64,000 nucleotides of DNA from NCBI GenBank assembly GCA_963674965.2, contig CAXXFL010000002.1, positions 192,001-256,000 on the forward strand, written 5' to 3'. The translations under genes and the position numbers were made by a program. Shown piece after piece: positions 19,736-27,514 of the stretch (position 1 is the first letter of the stretch; each line of letters opens with the position of its first letter). Below the pieces are notes generated by a model, which searched no databases, was not told where the DNA came from, and saw only the letters and a program-made list of their open reading frames with translations. The stretch comes from a bacterium. GTDB lineage: Bacteria > RBG-13-61-14 > DATKZS01.

Positions 19736-19942
19736 TTTATTTTCCTTATCCGCGCGAGGCGCGTTTTCGCGCGAGCGTCTCCATAAAGAGCGGACGCCCG
19801 CGTCCGGTTAGACTGAGGTTATTTGGATTTCACTCCCCAAGTCGGCCGGCAAAGGGGGGGCCGGATTTCCGTTATTCCCTCTCACGCGGGAAGTCCCCAC
19901 ACGGACGGGCCCTTTGGATATTTCCCTTCCAACCGACAATCA

Positions 19943-19971
19943 AGTCTAATGAGAAAAACTCGATTTGTCAA
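19943..19971 (-). promoter_or_regulatory. Candidate sigma70 promoter for radical SAM-dehalogenase genes
   Basis: Minus strand TTGACA-17 bp-TAGACT. Confidence 0.6.
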
Positions 19972-20155
19972 ATTCTTTGTTCAAATATAAAATGGCCCCC
20001 AAACGCGGGAAACCCGCTTGTTGAGCAGGTGGTAAAGAATATACACCAGTCGGTAAACCGGATAATATTGACGAAATATTATCATTCAATAGTATCCATG
20101 ACGCCAGGACATGGCAATAAAATACGGCCGGCGCCAACGCTTTTGGGGCGCTTGT

Positions 20156-21559
20156 TCACCGGTCGGGTCCGAAGTCCACGTCCGCTGCGGGCAGGTCTAG
20201 GTAGCGCCCGCTTTCGAGGGCCATCCTTACCGCTATGCCCAGGGCGTCGACCAGGTCGTCGTGTCCGGACTCGGGGAAGGCCAGCATCTCCTCGATCAAG
20301 TCGCCCGCCCCGGTCTCGGGAAAAGTAATCCTTCCCGTCTGCACCAGTCCCTGCAGCCTCATGGCCCGGGCCACCTTGTCCCTGGTCTGCACCACCGACG
20401 AGACCGGGACCCGGCCGTCGCCGCGCAGTCTCTGGACCAGGGCCTCCTGGTAGGAGTTGGACTCGATACCCACCGTCACCACGGGAAAGTCGGTCGAGTC
20501 GTGGGCCGCGAACAAGGTCTTCACCGTCTCGAACTGTTCCTCAAAGGTCAGGCGCGAGCGGTAGATCGAGACCAGGTGAATAGATTTGCCCGACGAGGCC
20601 ACGGTGACGTGGGCGAAGTAGTCGTTGTGGTCCGCCAGGCCGATGGCCAGGTCCACGCCCTGGAACTTCCGGCCCGCCGGCGGGGCCGGGCCGAAACGTA
20701 TCCACTCGGGACGGAATATCTTGCCCTGCATCAGGCTCACGTCGTTTTGATACTGGGAGTTGAATATGGCCGGGCCCGCCTCCTCCCGTTTTTTCCGCAG
20801 GGCCTTAAGAGGGAACTTCTCCTCCCACAGGGCCTTCTCCGATTCTCCGCTTCCCGTAATGGCCTTCTCGATATAAACGGGGACACCCCTTTTAATAAGC
20901 CGCCCGTAAAGGTCGTCGTAATGGTAGCGGGTGCCGATGACCCGAAGCTTGCCTCCGGGCTCGAGGGTGGGTAAAAGTACCTTGTAGTACCAGTTGAAGA
21001 GCCGCTCCCTGCCGCTCCTGGACCTGGCCGACTCCTCGTCCACCACGTCGTCCAGGATGATGAGGTCGTAATGCTTGCTGATGACGGGTCCCAGCGCGCC
21101 CAGGGCGGTGACGGTCGGCTCCTTGGCCGTTTTCGTTCGGGACGCGAGGCATATCTCGGTCTCGGTCCAGGGGGTCCCCTTCAGGCCTCCGGCGATCCGG
21201 ACCACCTCGGGGTTGGACTCGAGGTGGCTCTTGATCTCGCGCAGGAAACCCGAGGCCTGGGCCTGGGTGCTCGAGGCGATGAGCACCCTCACGTCGGGGT
21301 CATCGAGCGCCCGCCGCAGGGTATAGGCCACGGTCATGACGGTCGACTTCCCGTGCCCGCGAGGGGCGAGAAGGAGGGACGTCTCGCGGTCGGCGGCGAA
21401 CCTCCACCATCTCGAGTGGAAGTCGAGGAACTGGTAATTGAGGGTCTTGGTAACGAACTCTTCGTCGTCCTCCAAGGCCTCGGGCTGATCCCGGTTCTCG
21501 AGGAAGTCGATCCAGTTTTCAATCATCTCTCGCCTTTGCTTCCCACTGGCCTTACTCAT
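20156..21559 (-). CDS. Phage-type terminase large subunit
   Basis: Walker A APRGHGKST, Walker B IILDDVVD, IGTRYH, SQYQN, nuclease motifs GVDLA, IESN, HDDLVDAL. Confidence 0.92.
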   Translation of the reverse strand: MSKASGKQRREMIENWIDFLENRDQPEALEDDEEFVTKTLNYQFLDFHSRWWRFAADRETSLLLAPRGHGKSTVMTVAYTLRRALDDPDVRVLIASSTQAQASGFLREIKSHLESNPEVVRIAGGLKGTPWTETEICLASRTKTAKEPTVTALGALGPVISKHYDLIILDDVVDEESARSRSGRERLFNWYYKVLLPTLEPGGKLRVIGTRYHYDDLYGRLIKRGVPVYIEKAITGSGESEKALWEEKFPLKALRKKREEAGPAIFNSQYQNDVSLMQGKIFRPEWIRFGPAPPAGRKFQGVDLAIGLADHNDYFAHVTVASSGKSIHLVSIYRSRLTFEEQFETVKTLFAAHDSTDFPVVTVGIESNSYQEALVQRLRGDGRVPVSSVVQTRDKVARAMRLQGLVQTGRITFPETGAGDLIEEMLAFPESGHDDLVDALGIAVRMALESGRYLDLPAADVDFGPDR

Positions 21560-21605
21560 TTTTTCCTCCCTTCTATCCTGGTTGAAAGCTTTGCGCCGCC
21601 GCGAT

Positions 21606-22076
21606 TAGCCTGGGTCGCCCATGCATGATGCATGGGCGGCGCAAGCCGCGGGCTGATTTCCAATCTCCTTCGGGACCCCTTCCGGCCCTATCGGTCGCGA
21701 TTAATTACTTCGTCAAAATCTTCCACCCCCGCGTCCCCAGACCGTTCGCTTCGCTCACCCACGCATGATGCGTGGGCGACCCTTCGTGCCGGCGGAGTCA
21801 CCCCGCCCAGCGCGGGTGGCGCGGATAGCTCGCCTATCCGCGCGGCGAAGCCGTTGGATTTTCATGTACTAGCCTGGGTCGCCCATGCATCATGCATGGG
21901 CGGCGCAAGCCGCGGGCTGATTTCCAATCTTCTTCGCGACTTCTTCCGGCCCTATCGGTCGCGATTAATTACTTCGTCAAAATCTTCCACCCCCGCGTCC
22001 CCAGCCCGTTCGCTTCGCTCACCCACGCATGATGCGTGGGCGACCCTTCGTGCCGGCGGAGTCACCCCGCCCAGCG
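21606..22076. repeat. Direct duplication (~207 bp unit, 264 bp period) of a family B REP doublet, with a family C palindrome between the units
   Basis: 21606-21812 nearly identical to 21870-22076. Confidence 0.92.
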
Positions 22077-22704
22077 ATAAACCCGCGCAGATGGCGGCCA
22101 GGGCCTCGCCGTCCTCCTCGGTGCCGGTCTCCATTTTGACTTGCTCGATCCTTTGCTCGATGACTCTTTTTTCGTCGGGTGAGACGACGGCGGCGAAGAG
22201 CTCGAACTCGGGCTGAGGAACGCTCTCTGCTGCCGCGGCCTGGAGGGCTCCTTCCGCCTCCCCGGCGCTTTGGATGACCGACTCGATCATGCACTCGATC
22301 TCGCGGTCGGACCAGGGCAAGAGTGACGCCATCTCGGCGGCGCTCATCTCATGGCTCAGCTTTTCGAGGAGGGCGGCCAGAAGCTCGGGATCGTTTTCTC
22401 CATGGAGCTCGTTCATCTGGAGGGTCTTAAGCATGGCCTGGGCGTCGTCCAGTTCGGCCACCACCACCGGGACCCGGTCCAGTCCGGCCATATGGGCCGC
22501 CATAAGACGGTGTTCTCCGTCCACCACCTCGAGGCCGCGGCCTTTCCTTCTGGCCAGGATGGGCGCGGAAAAGCCTCGTTGTTCTATCTCCCGCGCCAGC
22601 TTGGCCAGCTTGACCGGACCCATGCGGTTGGGGTTCCATGGGTTGGGCGCGAGGTCCCCGGTGGGTACCCACTCGATCTCAATTCGGCTCGATCCACAGT
22701 CCAT
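21952..22704 (-). CDS. ParB/Sulfiredoxin N-terminal domain protein (phage type)
   Basis: L.PNPWNPN, GF..PI, VVDGEHR; 3' end reads through REP repeat. Confidence 0.85.
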   Translation of the reverse strand: MDCGSSRIEIEWVPTGDLAPNPWNPNRMGPVKLAKLAREIEQRGFSAPILARRKGRGLEVVDGEHRLMAAHMAGLDRVPVVVAELDDAQAMLKTLQMNELHGENDPELLAALLEKLSHEMSAAEMASLLPWSDREIECMIESVIQSAGEAEGALQAAAAESVPQPEFELFAAVVSPDEKRVIEQRIEQVKMETGTEEDGEALAAICAGLSLGGVTPPARRVAHASCVGERSERAGDAGVEDFDEVINRDR

Positions 22705-23326
22705 AGTAATAAACCATCCTTCCCCTTTTCCAGGCGTCAATGAATCCCTTGATCGCGAACCCTTTCCTTTCGGCCAGGTCGCGCCAGTACGCTTTCACGG
22801 CCAACTCGTGGTTGGCGGCCAGGACCGGTCCCGGCTTGGCCCATTGGCCGCCTCTTCGGCCCCCCGGCCTTCCCGGCCAGAGGGCCTCCGCCTTGACTTT
22901 TCCTCCCCTGGCCATGGCCAGCCTCGAGCCGTCGGTAACGGCGACGGCCACTCTCTCCCTTGGTCTCCAGTCCCGGAAAAACGCCTCGATCGTGGGCGCG
23001 GGATTTCCATAGGCGTCGAAGTCGAGGTAACAAATTCCCCCCAGCCTCGGGGCGATCTCCCGAGCGAACCGGAGGTTGTTCATCCTGAGGGGAATGACGT
23101 TCGAGACCGACTCCGCCTCGAGCCTCGAGAGGAGGGCCGAGAATTTTTTAGGGCTTCTCTCGACGGCAAAAACCCTCTCGAAGCCGCCCAGGACGCCGGC
23201 GGCCAGGGAACCGTCGCCCGCGTAAAGGTCGGCGGCCTCGCCGGGACGGACGCCCGCCGCGAGCCTCCTCCTGAGTATCCACTTGATCTCACGGAAACCG
23301 TGGTCCTTTTTTCGTCTCCCGCTCAT
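22679..23326 (-). CDS. SAM-dependent methyltransferase-like protein
   Basis: Motif I DLYAGDG, acidic VE after strand 2, motif IV-like DFDAYG; overlaps ParB start; GGGAGG RBS. Confidence 0.7.
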   Translation of the reverse strand: MSGRRKKDHGFREIKWILRRRLAAGVRPGEAADLYAGDGSLAAGVLGGFERVFAVERSPKKFSALLSRLEAESVSNVIPLRMNNLRFAREIAPRLGGICYLDFDAYGNPAPTIEAFFRDWRPRERVAVAVTDGSRLAMARGGKVKAEALWPGRPGGRRGGQWAKPGPVLAANHELAVKAYWRDLAERKGFAIKGFIDAWKRGRMVYYYGLWIEPN

Positions 23327-23360
23327 GGCGCTTCCTCCCGAGGAGCGCGTTGACTCGCGC

Positions 23361-23392
23361 TTGACAATACTCGCCAGAATGCCATAATTATA
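23361..23392. promoter_or_regulatory. Candidate overlapping divergent promoters
   Basis: Plus strand TTGACA-16 bp-CATAAT; minus strand TATAAT at 23387-23392. Confidence 0.5.
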
Positions 23393-23418
23393 AGTATGGA
23401 ATATTCAGGAGAATCGAC

Positions 23419-24666
23419 ATGAGTCTTGACAAGGAAAAACCCGGGACCGTGAAAGAGGAATGCATCGAGGACCACGAGGCCGAGACCGCGGCCCACGAGG
23501 CCTTCCAGGAGATGAAATCGGAGTCGGCCAAGCAAAGCGAGCGCGAGTACCAACGCATGGCCCTCGACCTCCGCTGGGAGGTCCTCGAGTACGTGGACGC
23601 CCATCCCGAGAAGTCGGTCGTCGAGATCGCCAGGCTCTTTGGCATCAAGGAGGGGTCCATACGGGCCTGGAAGGCGCACAGGACCATGGGAACCTATCGC
23701 GAAAATATGGCGGGCAAGGAAAAAACTACCCACCGGGCAAGACAGGCCCCGCTCTTCAAGAGCGAGGCGACGCCCAAGAACAATACGAGGAATTTCATCG
23801 AGAGGAAGCGCTACTCGAACTTCATCCACTTTTTCGACAAGACGCCTCCGGGCGTGGTGTGCCCCCATTTTTATATCCTGGCCCACGCCAACGGCTGCCC
23901 TTATTTCTGCGACTACTGCTACCTTCGGCTCACGCTCCGCCATTACCCCGAGCCCACGGTCTTCTCGAACACGGCCCGCATGTTCCAGGAGATTCGGGAC
24001 TGGCTCCTTTCCAACGAGAGGCCATCCATGCTCAACGCCGGAGAGCTTAGCGACGCCCTGGCCTGGGACCATGAAACCGGGCTCTCGGCCAATCTCATCT
24101 CGCTTTTCTCGGGGCAGTCGAGGCACAAGCTTCTGCTTTTGACCAAGTCCACCAACGTGGAGGGCATCCTTGGTCTCGAGCCCACGCCCCAGGCCGTGAT
24201 CAGCTTCTCCATCAACGCGGCCAAGGTCGCCCGCGCCTATGAAAGGGGGGCGCCCCCGCCGGAGAAAAGGCTCGAGTCCGCGGCGCGCCTGGCCGAGGCG
24301 GGGTGGGAGGTCCGGCTCCGGCTCGATCCCCTCATTCCCATCGAGGGATGGCGAGACGAGTACGCCTCCATGATCGACAAGATCAACGCCGTCGGACCCG
24401 GCGCGGTCACCCTCGGGTCCCTCAGGTTCTTTCGGGCCCTCCTCAGTCACGCTCCCCGCGGAACGGACGTCTTCGAGCATGGGGTCAACCATCAGGACCC
24501 GGACAACCGCCTTCGGGTACCGCTCGAGAAAAGACTCGAGATGTACCGATTCTGTCTCGAGAGGATCGAGGCCCCCCGCCTGGGCCTTTGCAAGGAAACC
24601 GAGCCGGTCCACCGGGAACTGGGACTTCCCGGCATGGGCCAGTCCTGCAACTGCACGGTCGAGTGA
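23419..24666 (+). CDS. Spore photoproduct lyase-like radical SAM protein with N-terminal HTH extension
   Basis: GCPYFCDYCYL, GELSD, LLTKS, RLDP, CKET, CNC; N-terminal SVVEIARLFGIKEGSIRAWK HTH; AGGAGA RBS. Confidence 0.85.
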   Translation: MSLDKEKPGTVKEECIEDHEAETAAHEAFQEMKSESAKQSEREYQRMALDLRWEVLEYVDAHPEKSVVEIARLFGIKEGSIRAWKAHRTMGTYRENMAGKEKTTHRARQAPLFKSEATPKNNTRNFIERKRYSNFIHFFDKTPPGVVCPHFYILAHANGCPYFCDYCYLRLTLRHYPEPTVFSNTARMFQEIRDWLLSNERPSMLNAGELSDALAWDHETGLSANLISLFSGQSRHKLLLLTKSTNVEGILGLEPTPQAVISFSINAAKVARAYERGAPPPEKRLESAARLAEAGWEVRLRLDPLIPIEGWRDEYASMIDKINAVGPGAVTLGSLRFFRALLSHAPRGTDVFEHGVNHQDPDNRLRVPLEKRLEMYRFCLERIEAPRLGLCKETEPVHRELGLPGMGQSCNCTVE

Positions 24667-24673
24667 GTTTGGT

Positions 24674-25063
24674 CTATTCATCTTCCATCTTCTCCCGCAA
24701 GGCCTCGATGATTTTTTTCTTCACGTCCTTGCGACGGATAATCGGACCCAAAGAGGGCACTTCCTCCATGGCCTCCCAGAGGACCTTCAGCTCGGTCATG
24801 GGTCCCGCGTCCTCCCCCTTGTCCGACTGGGCCAGGATGCGCATCTGGACCTCGATGGACTTGAGGGCGATCTGGGAGAGCTTGATCCTGTCGGCGCCTG
24901 TTTTGTCCTCGTCCTTTTCCGACATCAGTTCCTTGATGCTTATCATTTTCACGCCCTGGGTCTCGATGAACAGGTCTTCCAATTTGGCGGAACGCCTATC
25001 GAGTTTCGCCTTGGAACGAGCCGGTTTTTTTAGCCTTGCCGTCTTTTTTACCGTCTTTTTCAT
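24674..25063 (-). CDS. Small basic/helical hypothetical protein (possible terminase small subunit-like)
   Basis: 129 aa, GGAGG RBS, Lys/Arg-rich N-terminus, co-oriented with terL; function is inference. Confidence 0.6.
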   Translation of the reverse strand: MKKTVKKTARLKKPARSKAKLDRRSAKLEDLFIETQGVKMISIKELMSEKDEDKTGADRIKLSQIALKSIEVQMRILAQSDKGEDAGPMTELKVLWEAMEEVPSLGPIIRRKDVKKKIIEALREKMEDE

Positions 25064-25529
25064 GGTCCCTCCTTTGCCATTTTCAAGAAGCGCCGATTTC
25101 GGGTGGCCACAGCCTTGCTAATTGCCTTGGTTTTAGCTTGGCAAATTGCCTTCCTACTATAGGGAATTGGGGCGCACCAGAGATTACTTTTTTACATCAT
25201 CATATTGGTGGAAGTTGCTCGAATTACCTGAACCGAGTGGTACATCCTATGGCCCATCATGGAAAAAGGCTTGTAAATCAGCGGTTTACGATTGACTGAT
25301 ATTTACCGACATTTTAAATGGCGGACTTTGGCGCAAAATGGCATTATATTGCTTATATGTCTGGAATTGTTGCATAATATTAAATATGTACTTATATATC
25401 ACAGATCGGTTGCACGAGCTTTATCCATTCCAATATTTAATGGCGTCAAAAAATGATTTTTCAGGTCCCGGGCCAATTGTCAATATATCTCTTCGATTTT
25501 AATAGAGAAATATTTTTTATTGTCAAAGT

Positions 25530-25545
25530 TGGCCCGCGAATTGCT
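25530..25545 (+). promoter_or_regulatory. Candidate sigma54 (-24/-12) promoter
   Basis: TGGC-CCGCGAA-TTGCT with canonical spacing, 35 bp before an ORF. Confidence 0.5.
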
Positions 25546-25579
25546 ATTTAGGCGTGTATAATATGAAAGGAGCGATAAA

Positions 25580-25849
25580 ATGGAACGGTCCCGTAAAGTA
25601 AGAATAGTTATGATGAGTTCCGACGTGATGAAGCTTTATGACGTCATGGGTACCCGAGACGACTTCGAGTTTCAGCCCATCACCTTCTACGATCCCCAGG
25701 AATGCCTGGACATGCTCATCGACGTCGACCCCGAGGAAGAGGACTATGGCGGGTCGATCGAGAGGACCAACGCCGAGAAACTGGAAAAGCAGTGGGGCGA
25801 ACTCGAGCTTCGGCTTTCCTTCTTCACCGACGCCCAAAGGTGGCAGTAA
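25580..25849 (+). CDS. Small acidic hypothetical protein
   Basis: 89 aa, AAAGGAG RBS, host-like codons. Confidence 0.65.
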   Translation: MERSRKVRIVMMSSDVMKLYDVMGTRDDFEFQPITFYDPQECLDMLIDVDPEEEDYGGSIERTNAEKLEKQWGELELRLSFFTDAQRWQ

Positions 25850-26162
25850 TTGGATCGGCCGACCCCGTTCGCGGCCATGCGGCCTTTCGGACCGAGCTTC
25901 GGCCCGAAGCCGGAGCCCATCGCTCAGATATTGCCCCAGCCCGACAATTCCCGGCGCCGTTATATCAATCCGTTCTAATTTACCCGACATAACCGATCCC
26001 TTGTCCGTCCGAAGCGAAGCCGTACCTTGCCCGGAGTGAGGCCTCCCGATTTCCGCCGGCGTGACACTAACCGCAAAATATGATACCCTGTATAAATATA
26101 AACGGAGGCGCCGTGCCCTTATGCCGGGACCCTGGGCCGCCGCGATCTCCGGGGATTGAAAA

Positions 26163-26699
26163 ATGAAGATTGGAGTCATATCGGATACCCACGTGTCGGG
26201 CGCAAGCCTTCACCCCAAGAAACTCGCCAGCCGCGTCATCAATAAAGTGAACGAGTCGGCCTCCGTCCTGTGCGAAACCGTGCGGCCCTACTTCGGCGAC
26301 GTGGACCTGATCCTTCACGCCGGCGACTTCGTGTGCATCGACGTGATGACGGCCCTCGAGGAGTTCGCTCCCGTCGAGGCGGTGGCCGGAAACATGGACC
26401 CCTACGAGATCAGCTCGAGGCTCGAGACCAAAAGGGTGGTGAGCGCGGGCGGCATGAAGATCGGCATGATGCACGGGTGGGGCCCTCCCGCCGGGCTCGA
26501 GAAGAAAATCAGGAAACACTTCGACGACGTGGACCTGATCGTTTTCGGACACACCCATTACCCCTTTGATAAAGAGGTGGCCGGCGTCCATATGTTCAAC
26601 CCCGGCTCTCCCACCGACCGAAGATGGGCCCCCTCCCACTCGATAGGAATCATCGAGGTGGACAAGGAATTGAAGACCAGCCACGTTCAACTGGACTGA
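26163..26699 (+). CDS. YfcE/MJ0936-family metallophosphoesterase
   Basis: ISDTH, HAGD, GNMD, HG, GHTH, NPGS. Confidence 0.92.
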   Translation: MKIGVISDTHVSGASLHPKKLASRVINKVNESASVLCETVRPYFGDVDLILHAGDFVCIDVMTALEEFAPVEAVAGNMDPYEISSRLETKRVVSAGGMKIGMMHGWGPPAGLEKKIRKHFDDVDLIVFGHTHYPFDKEVAGVHMFNPGSPTDRRWAPSHSIGIIEVDKELKTSHVQLD

Positions 26700-26768
26700 A
26701 AATTTTCGCCTGGGCCCTTTTTCTGGGCCTTTTTTCATTCGGGGATTTCTCTTGCCGGCATATTTCTC

Positions 26769-26802
26769 TTGACAACGCTTCTTTTAGTTAGTATTAACTA
26801 AA
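26769..26802 (+). promoter_or_regulatory. Promoter with overlapping TetR-type operator
   Basis: TTGACA at 26769; perfect inverted repeat TTTAGTTA-GTAT-TAACTAAA at 26783-26802. Confidence 0.7.
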
Positions 26803-26858
26803 TAGACCGGCGGGTATATCCTATTCGCCGGTCTTAAAGGAAGGAGAAAAGGCGGCGC

Positions 26859-27494
26859 ATGGCGAAAAACCGGATGAAGGCCGAGGACAGGAGGCGGGAG
26901 ATACTCGAGGCGGCGGTGAGGACCATCGCGGCCAACAACTTCGAGAAGGCCACCACCGCCATGATCGCGAGGGAGGCGGGGGTCACGGAGCCGCTTATCT
27001 ATCACCACTTCAAGAACAAGCGGGGCCTGCAACTGGCGGTGCTGGAGGCGGTCAAGGAGAACGTGCTCTCCAGGTCCGAGGAGATGAAGGAACTGGATTC
27101 CGTCTCCATGAGCCGTCTTCGCTCTTACGGCAAACAAAGGCAGCGCGAGATAAGGCGCAACCCGGAGCACGTCAAGATCATGATCAAGGCCCTGGCGGTG
27201 GAGGACAAGAAGATCAAGGAGAAGGCCTGGGAGATCATGGAGTCGGGCCAGTCGCTGGTCCGGATGCTTCTCTCGAGGGCGGTCCGGCAAGGCGAGTTGG
27301 ACGACAAGGTGGACGTCGAGATGGGCGCCTGGCTGATCGTCGCCTGGGCCGGGCTATTATCCATCGTCAATATCCTGGGCAAGGCCGAACGGATTCCGGA
27401 GGAGCGGATCGACCGGTTCGTCGCCCTGATGGACTCGTACATGACCCTGGGCATGGCGCCCGAGGGCAAAAGCGCGTCCACAAGAAAGAAGTAA
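26859..27494 (+). CDS. TetR/AcrR-family regulator
   Basis: RRREILEAA...IAREAGVTEPLIYHHFKNK. Confidence 0.93.
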   Translation: MAKNRMKAEDRRREILEAAVRTIAANNFEKATTAMIAREAGVTEPLIYHHFKNKRGLQLAVLEAVKENVLSRSEEMKELDSVSMSRLRSYGKQRQREIRRNPEHVKIMIKALAVEDKKIKEKAWEIMESGQSLVRMLLSRAVRQGELDDKVDVEMGAWLIVAWAGLLSIVNILGKAERIPEERIDRFVALMDSYMTLGMAPEGKSASTRKK

Positions 27495-27514
27495 TTATCG
27501 CCAATGAGGAGGGA

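Noticed and set aside
21632-22216. 194-aa ORF with an internal repeat
   Set aside because: Translation of the REP duplication, antisense to parB
20156-25063. Complete prophage
   Set aside because: No portal, capsid, tail, lysis, integrase or att repeats; flanked by host genes
25339-25353. Second sigma54 motif TGGCATTATATTGCT
   Set aside because: Spacing is one base short of the strict -24/-12 requirement
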